From: an uncultured beta proteobacterium
GTDB taxonomy: Bacteria; Pseudomonadota; Gammaproteobacteria; Burkholderiales; SG8-41
Assembly (NCBI GenBank): GCA_903885665.1
Contig: CAISJL010000013.1
Location: 4,689-68,688, forward strand
Length of the DNA stretch: 64,000 nt
Direction of reading: 5' to 3'
The notes under the pieces were generated by a model. That model worked only from the letters and a program-made list of their open reading frames with translations. It did no database searches and was not told where the DNA came from. The position numbers were made by a program, and so were the translations under genes. Of the stretch, positions 8,968-18,270 are shown piece by piece (position 1 is the stretch's first letter; each line of letters opens with the position of its first letter).

Positions 8968-9966
8968 TTATTGATTAGCAACAATACCTGCAGCCTTAAC
9001 CGTTTTTGCCCATTTTACTAGCTCAGTCCGGATATACGCTCCAGCTTCAGCGGGTGAGTTTCCAATGGGCACCGATCCTAATCGTGCAAATCGCTCACGC
9101 ACTTCAGGTAATCCAATAATTCGAACGGATTCTTTATTCAGTTTTTCAATGATTGGCGTTGGAATCTTAGCCGGTCCAATCAAGACGCCCCAAGAGGTCG
9201 ATTCATAGCCAGGCACTGTGTCTGCTATTGCCGGCACATCGGGCAACTCTGTTGAACGCTCTTTTGAAGTCACCCCCAAAGGTCGCAAACGCCCACCTTT
9301 AATATGCGGTAGTGTTGCAATAACCGTATCAAACATGACATCCACTCTGCCACCCATCAAATCTGGATGTGCTGCAGTGCTACCTTTATAGGGCACATGC
9401 AAAAGTTTTACCCCGGTCATCAGCTTAAATAATTCTGCGCTCATATGCGGTGAGCTCCCCGTACCACTGGAAGCAAAACTTAATTTATCAGGGCGCGCCT
9501 TAGCCATCTCAATCACATCTTTGACGGTTTTACCAGAAAACTGATTGTGGGTGACTAATATCAAAGGATTAGCTGCAGTAATTGTAATCATTGAAAAATC
9601 ACGGCTCGAATCATAGGGTAATTTATGAACTGCAGCATTCACTGCAAAGCTCAACGAACCCAAACCCAGCGTATATCCATCAGGGGCCGACTTTGCAACT
9701 AAGTCCGTACCAATAATGCCTGTAGCTCCAGTGCGATTATCAACGACTGCATTAACACCCCAAGTTTGAGAAAATTTTTCCGCGAGCATACGAGCAGTGA
9801 CATCTGAAGCACCGCCAGGTGGGAATGGCACAATAATTCGGATTGGGCGATCGGGATACGCTGCCATGGCCATGGTATTCATTAAAAAAGACGCTACGAT
9901 ACCTAAGTAACTTAATATCTGATTGGCGGCATTTGTGGTGCCCATGGTTTTGGTGTAAATCTTCAT
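8968..9966 (-). CDS. Bug/TctC family substrate-binding protein
   Basis: YPDRPIRIIVPFPPGGASDVTAR, APDGYTL, HVPYKG, KWAKTVKAAGI. Start ATG 9966 (GAGGG RBS) preferred over 10026. Confidence 0.93.
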   Translation of the reverse strand: MKIYTKTMGTTNAANQILSYLGIVASFLMNTMAMAAYPDRPIRIIVPFPPGGASDVTARMLAEKFSQTWGVNAVVDNRTGATGIIGTDLVAKSAPDGYTLGLGSLSFAVNAAVHKLPYDSSRDFSMITITAANPLILVTHNQFSGKTVKDVIEMAKARPDKLSFASSGTGSSPHMSAELFKLMTGVKLLHVPYKGSTAAHPDLMGGRVDVMFDTVIATLPHIKGGRLRPLGVTSKERSTELPDVPAIADTVPGYESTSWGVLIGPAKIPTPIIEKLNKESVRIIGLPEVRERFARLGSVPIGNSPAEAGAYIRTELVKWAKTVKAAGIVANQ

Positions 9967-10309
9967 ATTACCCTCTAGTTTAATTATTAATCGGTATAGT
10001 CTAGCAATTATAACGTTGTGGCACATGAATCCATATTCTCACCGACGTGCACAAGCAAAAAAACGTGCATTTAGCGCTGCACCTAATGCAGACTAAAGGC
10101 AAGGTCGATCCGTCCGTATTTTGAACTAATTGCCTGCCCTATATTACCTACGGACCTTAATTTCATATACTATCGAGGATCAATAAACTGCATCATACAA
10201 AATAATTGCTAGCCTTATTATTTGTTAATATGACTCATCTTTTAATCATATTTAAATCATTTTTTAACTTACTTGCCTTTGCATTAATACCATCTATTTT
10301 GGAGATCAT

Positions 10310-11659
10310 GTGATGAAACTATCAGCCGCAGCACAAGCTCAGCAAGAACTCAAACTCAGCAAACGTAAAGCTGCATTACTTGAAAAATTACCAAAGCGTG
10401 CAGATGAGGACCCTTTTGTTGTTGGTATCGGTGGCTTTTATCGGCGATGGTTTAATTTAATCGATGACATTCAATTATTAATTGATACTGTTAAAAACAT
10501 TAAAAGCACAGAAGATGAAGATTGGGTCCCTGTATGGAGCGCAGTCGCAGAAAAGTATGAGGCAACTGGCGATACATTACTAAAAAAACGGGATCGTATC
10601 GGTGCTCGAAAAGCTTATATTCAAGCTAAAACATTTTTTAGTTTGGCACGCTTTCCATCTCCATATTGGTCTGGCTCGTCTATCTGTCCACCAACAATGA
10701 GTGAAATTAAAACCGCATCCTATAATAATTATTTACGTTGTTTTGATAAATCTGCCGCACTACTCGATGGTCATATTGAAACAATTACCGTTAAGAAAAA
10801 AGGCATGGTCGCTACGGGTTATCTTCGACTCCCCAAGGGAGCATCAGCCAAGAATAAAGTGCCTGCAGTTTTGGTTATGTGTGGTGCAGATATGTATAAA
10901 GAGGATAGAGAAAAATATGCTGAGGGTGCACTGAGCCAAGGTATGGCAGCCTTAGTAGTCGATGCACCAGGAACGGGACAAACCACATTCCCACATGCGC
11001 CTGAGTCAGTGATTGCCTGGAAAGCCGCAATCGATCTACTTTCAGCTCGCCCCGAAATCGACGGTAATCAAATTGGGGCTTTTGGTGTGAGTCGTGGTGG
11101 ATTATGGGTCATTCGCTTAGCTGCACATGACCCTCGTATCAAAGGCCTAATTGCTTGCGCCCCTGGTGGCGTTGGATATTGGGGAACGGATGAGCAACGT
11201 AAACAATGGCGTGACGCAGCCTTAGAGCGTTCACGCACCAACTGGTTTGGCCCCAAAGGTAGCCGTCCACCGCTTAAACCAGTGACAGAGCAGTCACAAC
11301 GAGAAGAATTCTTAAAGTGGTCACTCAAAGACCAGGGCTTGCTCGATAAATTACAAATGCCGATGTTTCTAGTGAATGGGAAGATTGATCACCTCACCCC
11401 CATAGAGAATCTCTATATGTTACTAGAAAGTGGGCCTGCTGATAGCCGCGTTGCACGCGTATATCCTGACGACGGTCATATTGCAGCTAAAAATGAGCGT
11501 GAGTGGGGACCTGCATCTTGGGCATGGTTACGCGGTGTATTGACCCAAGGTAAGAACAGCAAATCTACCAAATCAAGTATTAGCACGAAAAAAACGAGTA
11601 ACGCAAAGCCAGCGATTAAGAAATCAGTATCAAAGAAAAAGTCAGCTACTCAGAAATAA
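10310..11659 (+). CDS. Alpha/beta hydrolase, FrsA / 2,6-dihydroxypseudooxynicotine hydrolase-like, with Lys-rich C-terminal tail
   Basis: ARFP, GADMYKE, VDAPGTG, nucleophile GVSRGG, NGKID, DDGH; 35-aa basic tail. Confidence 0.78.
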   Translation: MMKLSAAAQAQQELKLSKRKAALLEKLPKRADEDPFVVGIGGFYRRWFNLIDDIQLLIDTVKNIKSTEDEDWVPVWSAVAEKYEATGDTLLKKRDRIGARKAYIQAKTFFSLARFPSPYWSGSSICPPTMSEIKTASYNNYLRCFDKSAALLDGHIETITVKKKGMVATGYLRLPKGASAKNKVPAVLVMCGADMYKEDREKYAEGALSQGMAALVVDAPGTGQTTFPHAPESVIAWKAAIDLLSARPEIDGNQIGAFGVSRGGLWVIRLAAHDPRIKGLIACAPGGVGYWGTDEQRKQWRDAALERSRTNWFGPKGSRPPLKPVTEQSQREEFLKWSLKDQGLLDKLQMPMFLVNGKIDHLTPIENLYMLLESGPADSRVARVYPDDGHIAAKNEREWGPASWAWLRGVLTQGKNSKSTKSSISTKKTSNAKPAIKKSVSKKKSATQK

Positions 11660-12431
11660 AACTAGATGGCAATCTTGCCGCTTTGCAAATTTGCGGCAAG
11701 ATTGCGCTAATCGACTCACGCAATACTGCATTCGCAGCGTCGTCAAATGCAGTTAGTTCTGCGTTGAGCACGACTAATTTCGCTCCGCGCTCTATAGCTC
11801 TAGGCACTAATGCTGCAACTGGATACACCCGTAGGGTAGTGCCAACAGTCATTAATAAATCACACTGATCAATTGCGGCAGCTGCAGCGTTAACGATTTC
11901 TGGCACTAATGGTTGACCAAAAGAAATCGTGTCGCTCTTTAATAGCCCACCGCAGTGGACACACGCAGGATCTGGATCGCCTTGGCGTACCCGCTCCAAT
12001 GTCTCTTGCATAGGGCCTCGCCATTGACAGGTTAAACACATTACTTTGTGCAGGCTACCATGCACTTCAATAACACGCTGCGGTGTTAAACCCGCTCGTT
12101 GATGTAATCCGTCTATATTCTGCGTAATCAGTGCTCGTAATCGGCCACTTTGCTCGAGTTCAGCTAGCGCTAAATGTCCAACATTTGGTTCTGCTGTCCA
12201 TGCTGGATGCGCTAATCTAGACTGCCACGCTAAGCAACGCACTTCAGGATCTGAGATGTAATACCGAATATCCGACATTTGCTCAGCTTTCGGATTTAAA
12301 GTCCAAATCCCTTTAGGGCCTCGAAAGTCTGGAATGCCAGAATCAGTAGAAATCCCAGCACCTGTTAACACTACAATATTCTGAGATTGTGCAATCCATT
12401 CCTGTATCACTGATAATGTATATTGAGGCAT
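11646..12431 (-). CDS. cobB: NAD-dependent protein deacylase (sirtuin, CobB-like)
   Basis: GAGISTDSGIPDFRG, TQNIDGLH, HGS, two CxxC pairs, GTTLRVYP. Confidence 0.88.
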   Translation of the reverse strand: MPQYTLSVIQEWIAQSQNIVVLTGAGISTDSGIPDFRGPKGIWTLNPKAEQMSDIRYYISDPEVRCLAWQSRLAHPAWTAEPNVGHLALAELEQSGRLRALITQNIDGLHQRAGLTPQRVIEVHGSLHKVMCLTCQWRGPMQETLERVRQGDPDPACVHCGGLLKSDTISFGQPLVPEIVNAAAAAIDQCDLLMTVGTTLRVYPVAALVPRAIERGAKLVVLNAELTAFDDAANAVLRESISAILPQICKAARLPSSFISE

Positions 12432-12604
12432 TTTTTGATCCTTAGATGCTAAACCTCTACCAAAATTAAATGATATTTAGTTTTCCACAATACAGACCCC
12501 GTCATATAATCGTCGAATATTTTTAGACTTAATACTTAAATATCTAAAACTAATACATCGGTAATCTGTGATCGAAGGGACTCGGGGTTATACTCTTACC
12601 CATC

Positions 12605-13762
12605 ATGCCATTAATGCCACTACATCTGATTATTATACTGACCACCATCAATTTTATTACGCAAAAAGGGTGTCGAATACTGCTGACCTTGTATGCAACG
12701 AATTTAGGTGCAGGTCCACTCGAAACTGGTGTAATGTTTGCATTATATGGTTTATTTCCATTTTTATTAGCTGTTATGGCTGGGCGATTAGCGGATCGAT
12801 TTGATAATCGACTGCTGATGTACTGGGGCCTGAGTACTTATACAATTAGCTTAGCGATCCCATTTTTTCTACCTAACCTGAGCACTCTCTATTGGGTTGC
12901 TCCTATTTGGAGCGTTACCAGTATGCTTTGGGTGGTTGCCACTCAAAATTTAATTGGCATTATCTCTACAAAAGAGACGCGGACCCAAAACTTCAGCTTT
13001 TATAGCTTAGGCGAATCTCTTGCATCAATTGCAGGTCCAATTATCGTTGGCGTATCTATCGATTATTGGTCACACTTGCCAACTTTTTTAGTATTAGCGG
13101 CAATACCTGGACTATGCACTGCGATCATTCTCTTTAACCGTCAACGACTACCTACACCCGAGATCAAACCGTCCGTCGAGAATCATAAACAACAGTTGAT
13201 GGACTTGCTACGTCTGCCTGCGATGCGTAATGCTTTGCTAACAAATGCTGTAGTGATGGCCGGATTAGATCTGTTCAATCTCTATATGCCCATTTATGGT
13301 CATAGCTTGCATTTCTCAGCGACGACTATTGGCTTAGTCATGGGTGCTTTTGGTGCAGCGGCTTTTGTCACGCGAACAGCTCTGCCTACACTCACAAAAT
13401 GCTGGACTGAGAAAACCGTCTTAATGGGGGCCTTAGCTATTTCTGGATGTGTATTTATTGCTATACCGTTCACGGCTAGTGCCCCTTGGTTGGCATTTTC
13501 AGCCTTCTTGCTTGGGTTAGGTCTAGGCTGCGGCCAGCCCTTATCTATGGTACTGGCTTTTAACGCTGGGCCTCCTGGGCGCTCAGCGGAAGCCCTTTCA
13601 GTACGGCTGGCGGTAAGCTATGGCGCACACGTAGTAGTTCCGCCAATGTTTGGTGTCATTGGAAGTCTATTAGGTATGGCGCCAATTTTCTGGACTTGTG
13701 CTGTAGTGATGGGCAGTGGCGCTTATTTAAATTATCAGCCTAAGAACCCACCTATGCAGTGA
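12605..13762 (+). CDS. MFS transporter
   Basis: 12 transmembrane segments, motif A GRLADRFDNR. Confidence 0.88.
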   Translation: MPLMPLHLIIILTTINFITQKGCRILLTLYATNLGAGPLETGVMFALYGLFPFLLAVMAGRLADRFDNRLLMYWGLSTYTISLAIPFFLPNLSTLYWVAPIWSVTSMLWVVATQNLIGIISTKETRTQNFSFYSLGESLASIAGPIIVGVSIDYWSHLPTFLVLAAIPGLCTAIILFNRQRLPTPEIKPSVENHKQQLMDLLRLPAMRNALLTNAVVMAGLDLFNLYMPIYGHSLHFSATTIGLVMGAFGAAAFVTRTALPTLTKCWTEKTVLMGALAISGCVFIAIPFTASAPWLAFSAFLLGLGLGCGQPLSMVLAFNAGPPGRSAEALSVRLAVSYGAHVVVPPMFGVIGSLLGMAPIFWTCAVVMGSGAYLNYQPKNPPMQ

Positions 13763-13832
13763 TTACTTATCTACCAGTCGCGACGTATCCAGCACTCACA
13801 CACTGAGGTCAATAAACGGTTAAACCATTCAT

Positions 13833-14798
13833 TTAAGGGTAAGCATTCTCTGCCCTACCGGTAGTCAGTAAATGATAGTAACTACTGATAAATAAATTCA
13901 TGCGATAGTAGTTTCGAATATGGCTATAGGATTCAAATTTAATATTCCGAATAATTTCATCTTTGCTCATTCCTTTGGCAAATGCAGCTCGCATACCCTG
14001 ATCAAAATCTTGCAGCATTTTAGCCTCATGTAATACATCCGCTTTATTCCCAATATCGCCATGGCCTCCTAAATATATATCCACATCCATCTTTGCAATT
14101 GTTTCTAAAATAGAGACCCATCCTGCAATCGAAGGGGTAAATGATGGGTTTGGCCAACTCTCTTTTGAAAATGGCCCTCCCGCAAAGAATACTCGCTCTT
14201 TTGGAAATCTCACGAAGGTATCACCGGGGTTCTGTCCTGCACCCATATACAAAATCTCTACAATGCGTCCACCTACATTTAATGTCATTGATGAATCAAA
14301 TGTAATATCGGGCAAGACTAATTGCACAGCCTTGCCATCAAATTGCATTTGTTTAAAATAACCCTGACGGCGCTTCATCTCCAATCCAAAATGATGTTGC
14401 ATCATGCCCGCAGTATCTCGATGTGCAATAAATAATGCACCCTCGCGCTTAAATACTGTGTTACCAAAGTAGTGGTCTCCATGTGCATGGGTATTAATAA
14501 CCCAGCGAATTGGTTTGTCTGTAGTTTTACGAATCGCTACCAAAAGTTCTTCAGCGCGTTTGGGATGCTGCCTCGTATCAATAACTAACACACCTTCAGA
14601 TGTCACTAACCAAGCATTATTAGATTCTTGATGATGATATTGAAAATACAGACCGGGGGCGACTTCTGTAACCTTAATGGGGACGTCTTTCTCATCCACC
14701 TCACCGGCACCTGTGGCTTGGGCCCATGAAAATCCACAGAAAATCAACATGAATAACACCGCAATCCATTTTTTGATACTTTCCAAACCTTTTATCAT
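13833..14798 (-). CDS. Exported MBL-fold protein (cyclase-like subgroup) with degenerate metal ligands
   Basis: Signal peptide, VIDT, THAHGDH, GGHG. Start ATG 14798 (GGAGG RBS). Confidence 0.82.
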   Translation of the reverse strand: MIKGLESIKKWIAVLFMLIFCGFSWAQATGAGEVDEKDVPIKVTEVAPGLYFQYHHQESNNAWLVTSEGVLVIDTRQHPKRAEELLVAIRKTTDKPIRWVINTHAHGDHYFGNTVFKREGALFIAHRDTAGMMQHHFGLEMKRRQGYFKQMQFDGKAVQLVLPDITFDSSMTLNVGGRIVEILYMGAGQNPGDTFVRFPKERVFFAGGPFSKESWPNPSFTPSIAGWVSILETIAKMDVDIYLGGHGDIGNKADVLHEAKMLQDFDQGMRAAFAKGMSKDEIIRNIKFESYSHIRNYYRMNLFISSYYHLLTTGRAENAYP

Positions 14799-14999
14799 GA
14801 CGCATCCTCCTGTTCTTCGACTGTATCGCTTATATTCACGCAAGCACTCATCATCGTATAATATTCTAACCAAACCTAAAAGAAGACAAAAAAGTCATTT
14901 AATCTCCATATCGATCTAAACACTATGAAACAGATATTCCTAAGCTGATTCTTATCCTATACGATCTCATAAAATAATACTCATTATTGGAGGCAGGTC

Positions 15000-15971
15000 A
15001 TGAATAAATCTCTACGTTCAATCATCAGCACGCTCACGCTGGGGCTAATAATCACAACCATACAGGCCCAAAATTATCCAAACCGCGCTATACGTATCCT
15101 TATACCCTTTACTGTCGGTAGCGCTGCAGATGTCATAGCGCGTGCTATCGAGCCTGCGTTACGTGACCGACTTGGGCAAGCAATTGTGATTGACAATCGC
15201 GGCGGTGCCGGCGGCAATATTGCTGCTGAGCTTGCTGCTAAAAGCGTGCCTGATGGATATACCTTAATGATGGGCACAATTGGCACGCATGCGATTAATT
15301 TAAGTTTATATTCAAAGCTAAACTATCACCCAATTACCAGCTTTACACCCATTACTAAAGTTGGAGACAGTCCCAATATTTTAGTTGTTAATCCCAGTGT
15401 CCCAGCAAAAACAGTCAAAGAGCTAATCCAAATCGCTAAAAATAAACCAGGTATATTAAATTACGGCACTTCGGGCTCTGGCACTTCTGTGCATTTGTCA
15501 GCTGAGCTATTTAATAACATGGCCAAAGTTAAAACGATCCACGTACCGTTCAAAGGTGCTGCAGAAGCATTAACCGCACTTATTTCTGGGCAAACCGATT
15601 TAATGTTTGCCAGCATGTCTTCTGCAATCCCAATGATTAAAGCAAATCGTCTCCGGCCTCTGGGTGTCACCTCTCCAACTCGCACCGCTGCACTGCCTGA
15701 GATACCCACAATCTCTGAAGCTGGATTGCCTGGTTTTAATGCTGTTGCATGGTATGGCTTAGTGGGACCTGCAGGGCTACCCATTGCAATAGTGAGTGCT
15801 CTGAATAAAGCTATGCTCGATTGCCTAGCACAGCCCGATGTCAAAGCACGCCTAGCCAACTCTGGCGTCGAAACTGTTCCCGGTAATTCAGAGGAGTTTC
15901 GTAAATTAATTGAGTCTGAAATACCTAAATGGGCAGCAGTAGTTAAAGCTTCTGGCGCAAAAGCTGATTAA
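15000..15971 (+). CDS. Bug/TctC family substrate-binding protein
   Basis: YPNRAIRILIPF, DNRGGAGGNI, PDGYTL, HVPFKG, KWAAVVKASGAKAD. Confidence 0.93.
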   Translation: MNKSLRSIISTLTLGLIITTIQAQNYPNRAIRILIPFTVGSAADVIARAIEPALRDRLGQAIVIDNRGGAGGNIAAELAAKSVPDGYTLMMGTIGTHAINLSLYSKLNYHPITSFTPITKVGDSPNILVVNPSVPAKTVKELIQIAKNKPGILNYGTSGSGTSVHLSAELFNNMAKVKTIHVPFKGAAEALTALISGQTDLMFASMSSAIPMIKANRLRPLGVTSPTRTAALPEIPTISEAGLPGFNAVAWYGLVGPAGLPIAIVSALNKAMLDCLAQPDVKARLANSGVETVPGNSEEFRKLIESEIPKWAAVVKASGAKAD

Positions 15972-15983
15972 TTCAGCTTTTGC
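15957..15983. terminator. Bidirectional terminator-like hairpin between convergent genes
   Basis: Perfect inverted repeat GCAAAAGCTGA-TTAAT-TCAGCTTTTGC. Confidence 0.55.
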
Positions 15984-15985
15984 AG

Positions 15986-16957
15986 CTACGCTATCCTAAC
16001 TACAATCTTACCAACCATAGCGCTTGCTTCCATATGCGCCTTAGCGGCGGCTAATTGATCAAAATTAAACACTTTATCAACAATCGGAATCATTCTGCCA
16101 TTTTGCAAGGCAGGTAGCATATCCCTTATAAACCCAGCAGCAGATTCAGCACGCCCACTCACCGGTAAACGAGCATTTGATACGCCAAAAATTTCTAAGC
16201 GGCCAACATGCACTGCATTTAAATCAATCTCTGCGCTAAATTGGTTGTCAACATAACCCACAGTTGCTAGGCGGCCACGGAAAGCCAAGCATCGCACGCA
16301 CTCAGCAAATACCGATCCACCAACACCGTTAACGACTAAATCAACACCATGACCACCCGTTGCAGCTCTAACAGCTTCTGCGAAATCAGGTTGACGTGTT
16401 GCAATGCCTACATCAAGACCAATTGTTTTTAACTGATCCAGTTTTTGCTGTGACCCAGAAGTCCCAATACTCTTTGCACCCAGCTCTTTCGCCATATGAA
16501 TACTGGCCATCCCTGCGCCTGAAGATGCCCCCATCACTAACAATGTCTCACCTGCCTGTAGATGTCCATACATCACTATGGCTTCATAAGCCGTAATATA
16601 ACTCACTGGAACAGCAGCGGCCTGCTCCCATGATAAGCATTTGGGTTTAGGCATGAGTTGATGTATATCCATGACTGCATACTCTGAAAAACCACCACGT
16701 ACTCGGCCAAACACCTCATCACCGATTTGAATCCCTGAGATACCATCACCTACAGCGTGAACAATGCCTGATGCCTCACCTCCACCCTGTTTTTCTGGCC
16801 CTCCATGCACTGCACCGCCTGCAAAAATCTCGCCACGATTCATTGCAGAAGCAAACACTTTAATCACTACTTCCTGTGATTTAGGTTGCGGTACTGGCAT
16901 ATCGCGGAACTCTATAAAAGTTTTATGATCTTTAGTAACAATCCATCCTGATTTCAT
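15986..16957 (-). CDS. MDR superfamily NAD(P)H:quinone oxidoreductase-like protein
   Basis: GGEASG, TAYEA, GASSGAG nucleotide motif, GKIVV; no Zn-binding Cys. Confidence 0.87.
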   Translation of the reverse strand: MKSGWIVTKDHKTFIEFRDMPVPQPKSQEVVIKVFASAMNRGEIFAGGAVHGGPEKQGGGEASGIVHAVGDGISGIQIGDEVFGRVRGGFSEYAVMDIHQLMPKPKCLSWEQAAAVPVSYITAYEAIVMYGHLQAGETLLVMGASSGAGMASIHMAKELGAKSIGTSGSQQKLDQLKTIGLDVGIATRQPDFAEAVRAATGGHGVDLVVNGVGGSVFAECVRCLAFRGRLATVGYVDNQFSAEIDLNAVHVGRLEIFGVSNARLPVSGRAESAAGFIRDMLPALQNGRMIPIVDKVFNFDQLAAAKAHMEASAMVGKIVVRIA

Positions 16958-17023
16958 GATTTTTCCAATGTATAAAAAATTTGATTAAGAAATTAATCAG
17001 CTCTACATAATGTATCAAACTAC

Positions 17024-18025
17024 TTACTCCATCGCCATTTCACTCACGATCGGCCCCCAACGACGTAACTCCTTCTGTACAAATTGCGCGGTACGCTCGG
17101 GAGAGGTGCTGACAACAGGTTCGGCACCTGCCTGCCTTAAAAACTCTTGCATCTGTGATAGCGCCATAATTTTAGCATTGGCTTGACTGAGGGCATCTAC
17201 AACTGCACGCGGCGTATTGGCCGGCAAAAACAATGCATTAAAAGCTTGCACAACCAACTCTGGCATACCAGCTTGTCCCGATGTTGGAACATCAGGCACT
17301 GCATGTAAACGCTCTTCAGCACAAATCACCAACATTCGAATGCGGCCTGCTTTGTGATACTGCAGTGGGGCAGGACTAATCGTTGGCATATAGACAGGAA
17401 TATGTCCTGCGACCAAGTCGCTAAGGCCCGGACCTGCCCCCTTATACGGAATATGAACCATCTTTAAATCACCGCCTAATTTTTTTAACAACTCGCCTGT
17501 CAAATGCGTGATGCTTCCGGTGCCAGCCGAACCATACGATAACTGCCCAGGATTCTTTTTCGCAAAATTCACCAGCTCTTTTAACGCCTTAACTGGCATC
17601 GATGGGTGCACTGCAACTCCAGTAGGCACCATTGTGATAATCCCTAATGGGGTGAAATCTTTAATTGGGTCATAGCCCAAATTTTTATTACCTAATGGAT
17701 TTAGCACATGAGTAGTAGTGTTAGCGATGAGTAACGTATGGCCATCTGGTTTAGCGCGAACAACCTCCATTGCACCTATTGCCCCAGATGCACCCGCGCG
17801 ATTATCAATCACTATAGCCTGCCCTAATACTCGGGTCATCTCCTGAGCCCAACGCCTACCAATGATGTCATTAACACCCCCAGGTGCAAACGGCACCACA
17901 AGACGAATTGGACGATCAGGAAACTTAGTTTGTGCAGCCGATTGGCATACTGCGCCATACATGAATATGAAAATTAAGATCGACCGCTTTAGATTCAAAG
18001 ACTCCAAACGCCAAATCGACGACAT
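17024..18025 (-). CDS. Bug/TctC family substrate-binding protein
   Basis: FPDRPIRLVVPFAPGGVNDI, DNRAGASG, KPDGHTL, HIPYKG. ATG 18025 with AAGGAG RBS. Confidence 0.93.
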   Translation of the reverse strand: MSSIWRLESLNLKRSILIFIFMYGAVCQSAAQTKFPDRPIRLVVPFAPGGVNDIIGRRWAQEMTRVLGQAIVIDNRAGASGAIGAMEVVRAKPDGHTLLIANTTTHVLNPLGNKNLGYDPIKDFTPLGIITMVPTGVAVHPSMPVKALKELVNFAKKNPGQLSYGSAGTGSITHLTGELLKKLGGDLKMVHIPYKGAGPGLSDLVAGHIPVYMPTISPAPLQYHKAGRIRMLVICAEERLHAVPDVPTSGQAGMPELVVQAFNALFLPANTPRAVVDALSQANAKIMALSQMQEFLRQAGAEPVVSTSPERTAQFVQKELRRWGPIVSEMAME

Positions 18026-18270
18026 GCACAACTCTCCTTCAAAGTTACCTTATGAATACAATCACTTAAATTGCATTTTTTACGTTTACAGAAAGAATAG
18101 AGTTAGCATTCTCATGTCTTAGAGCAATCATACAACATGAGCTAATATGCACAAAAAACACACACAATAGCTAAACTTCAATCATAGTCGTGATGCTAAA
18201 TCGTATCTCTCATTTGCGCAACTGACTACAATGCTGGGCGTCCGTTAATTAAACGGGTCCGATTAAGTCA

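Noticed and set aside
10030-10300. Possible riboswitch upstream of the FrsA-like hydrolase (GTCCGTA/TACGGAC and AGGCAA/TTGCCT pairings)
   Set aside because: The short helices conflict with each other, match no family I recognise, and no expression platform is evident.
11646-12431. Sir2-based anti-phage system (Thoeris/DSR)
   Set aside because: Stand-alone 261-aa zinc-binding CobB-type sirtuin with no TIR, HerA, pAgo or other defence partner.
1-18100. Genomic island or prophage
   Set aside because: No integrase, transposase, tRNA, att repeats or phage genes; the composition change extends into core genes.
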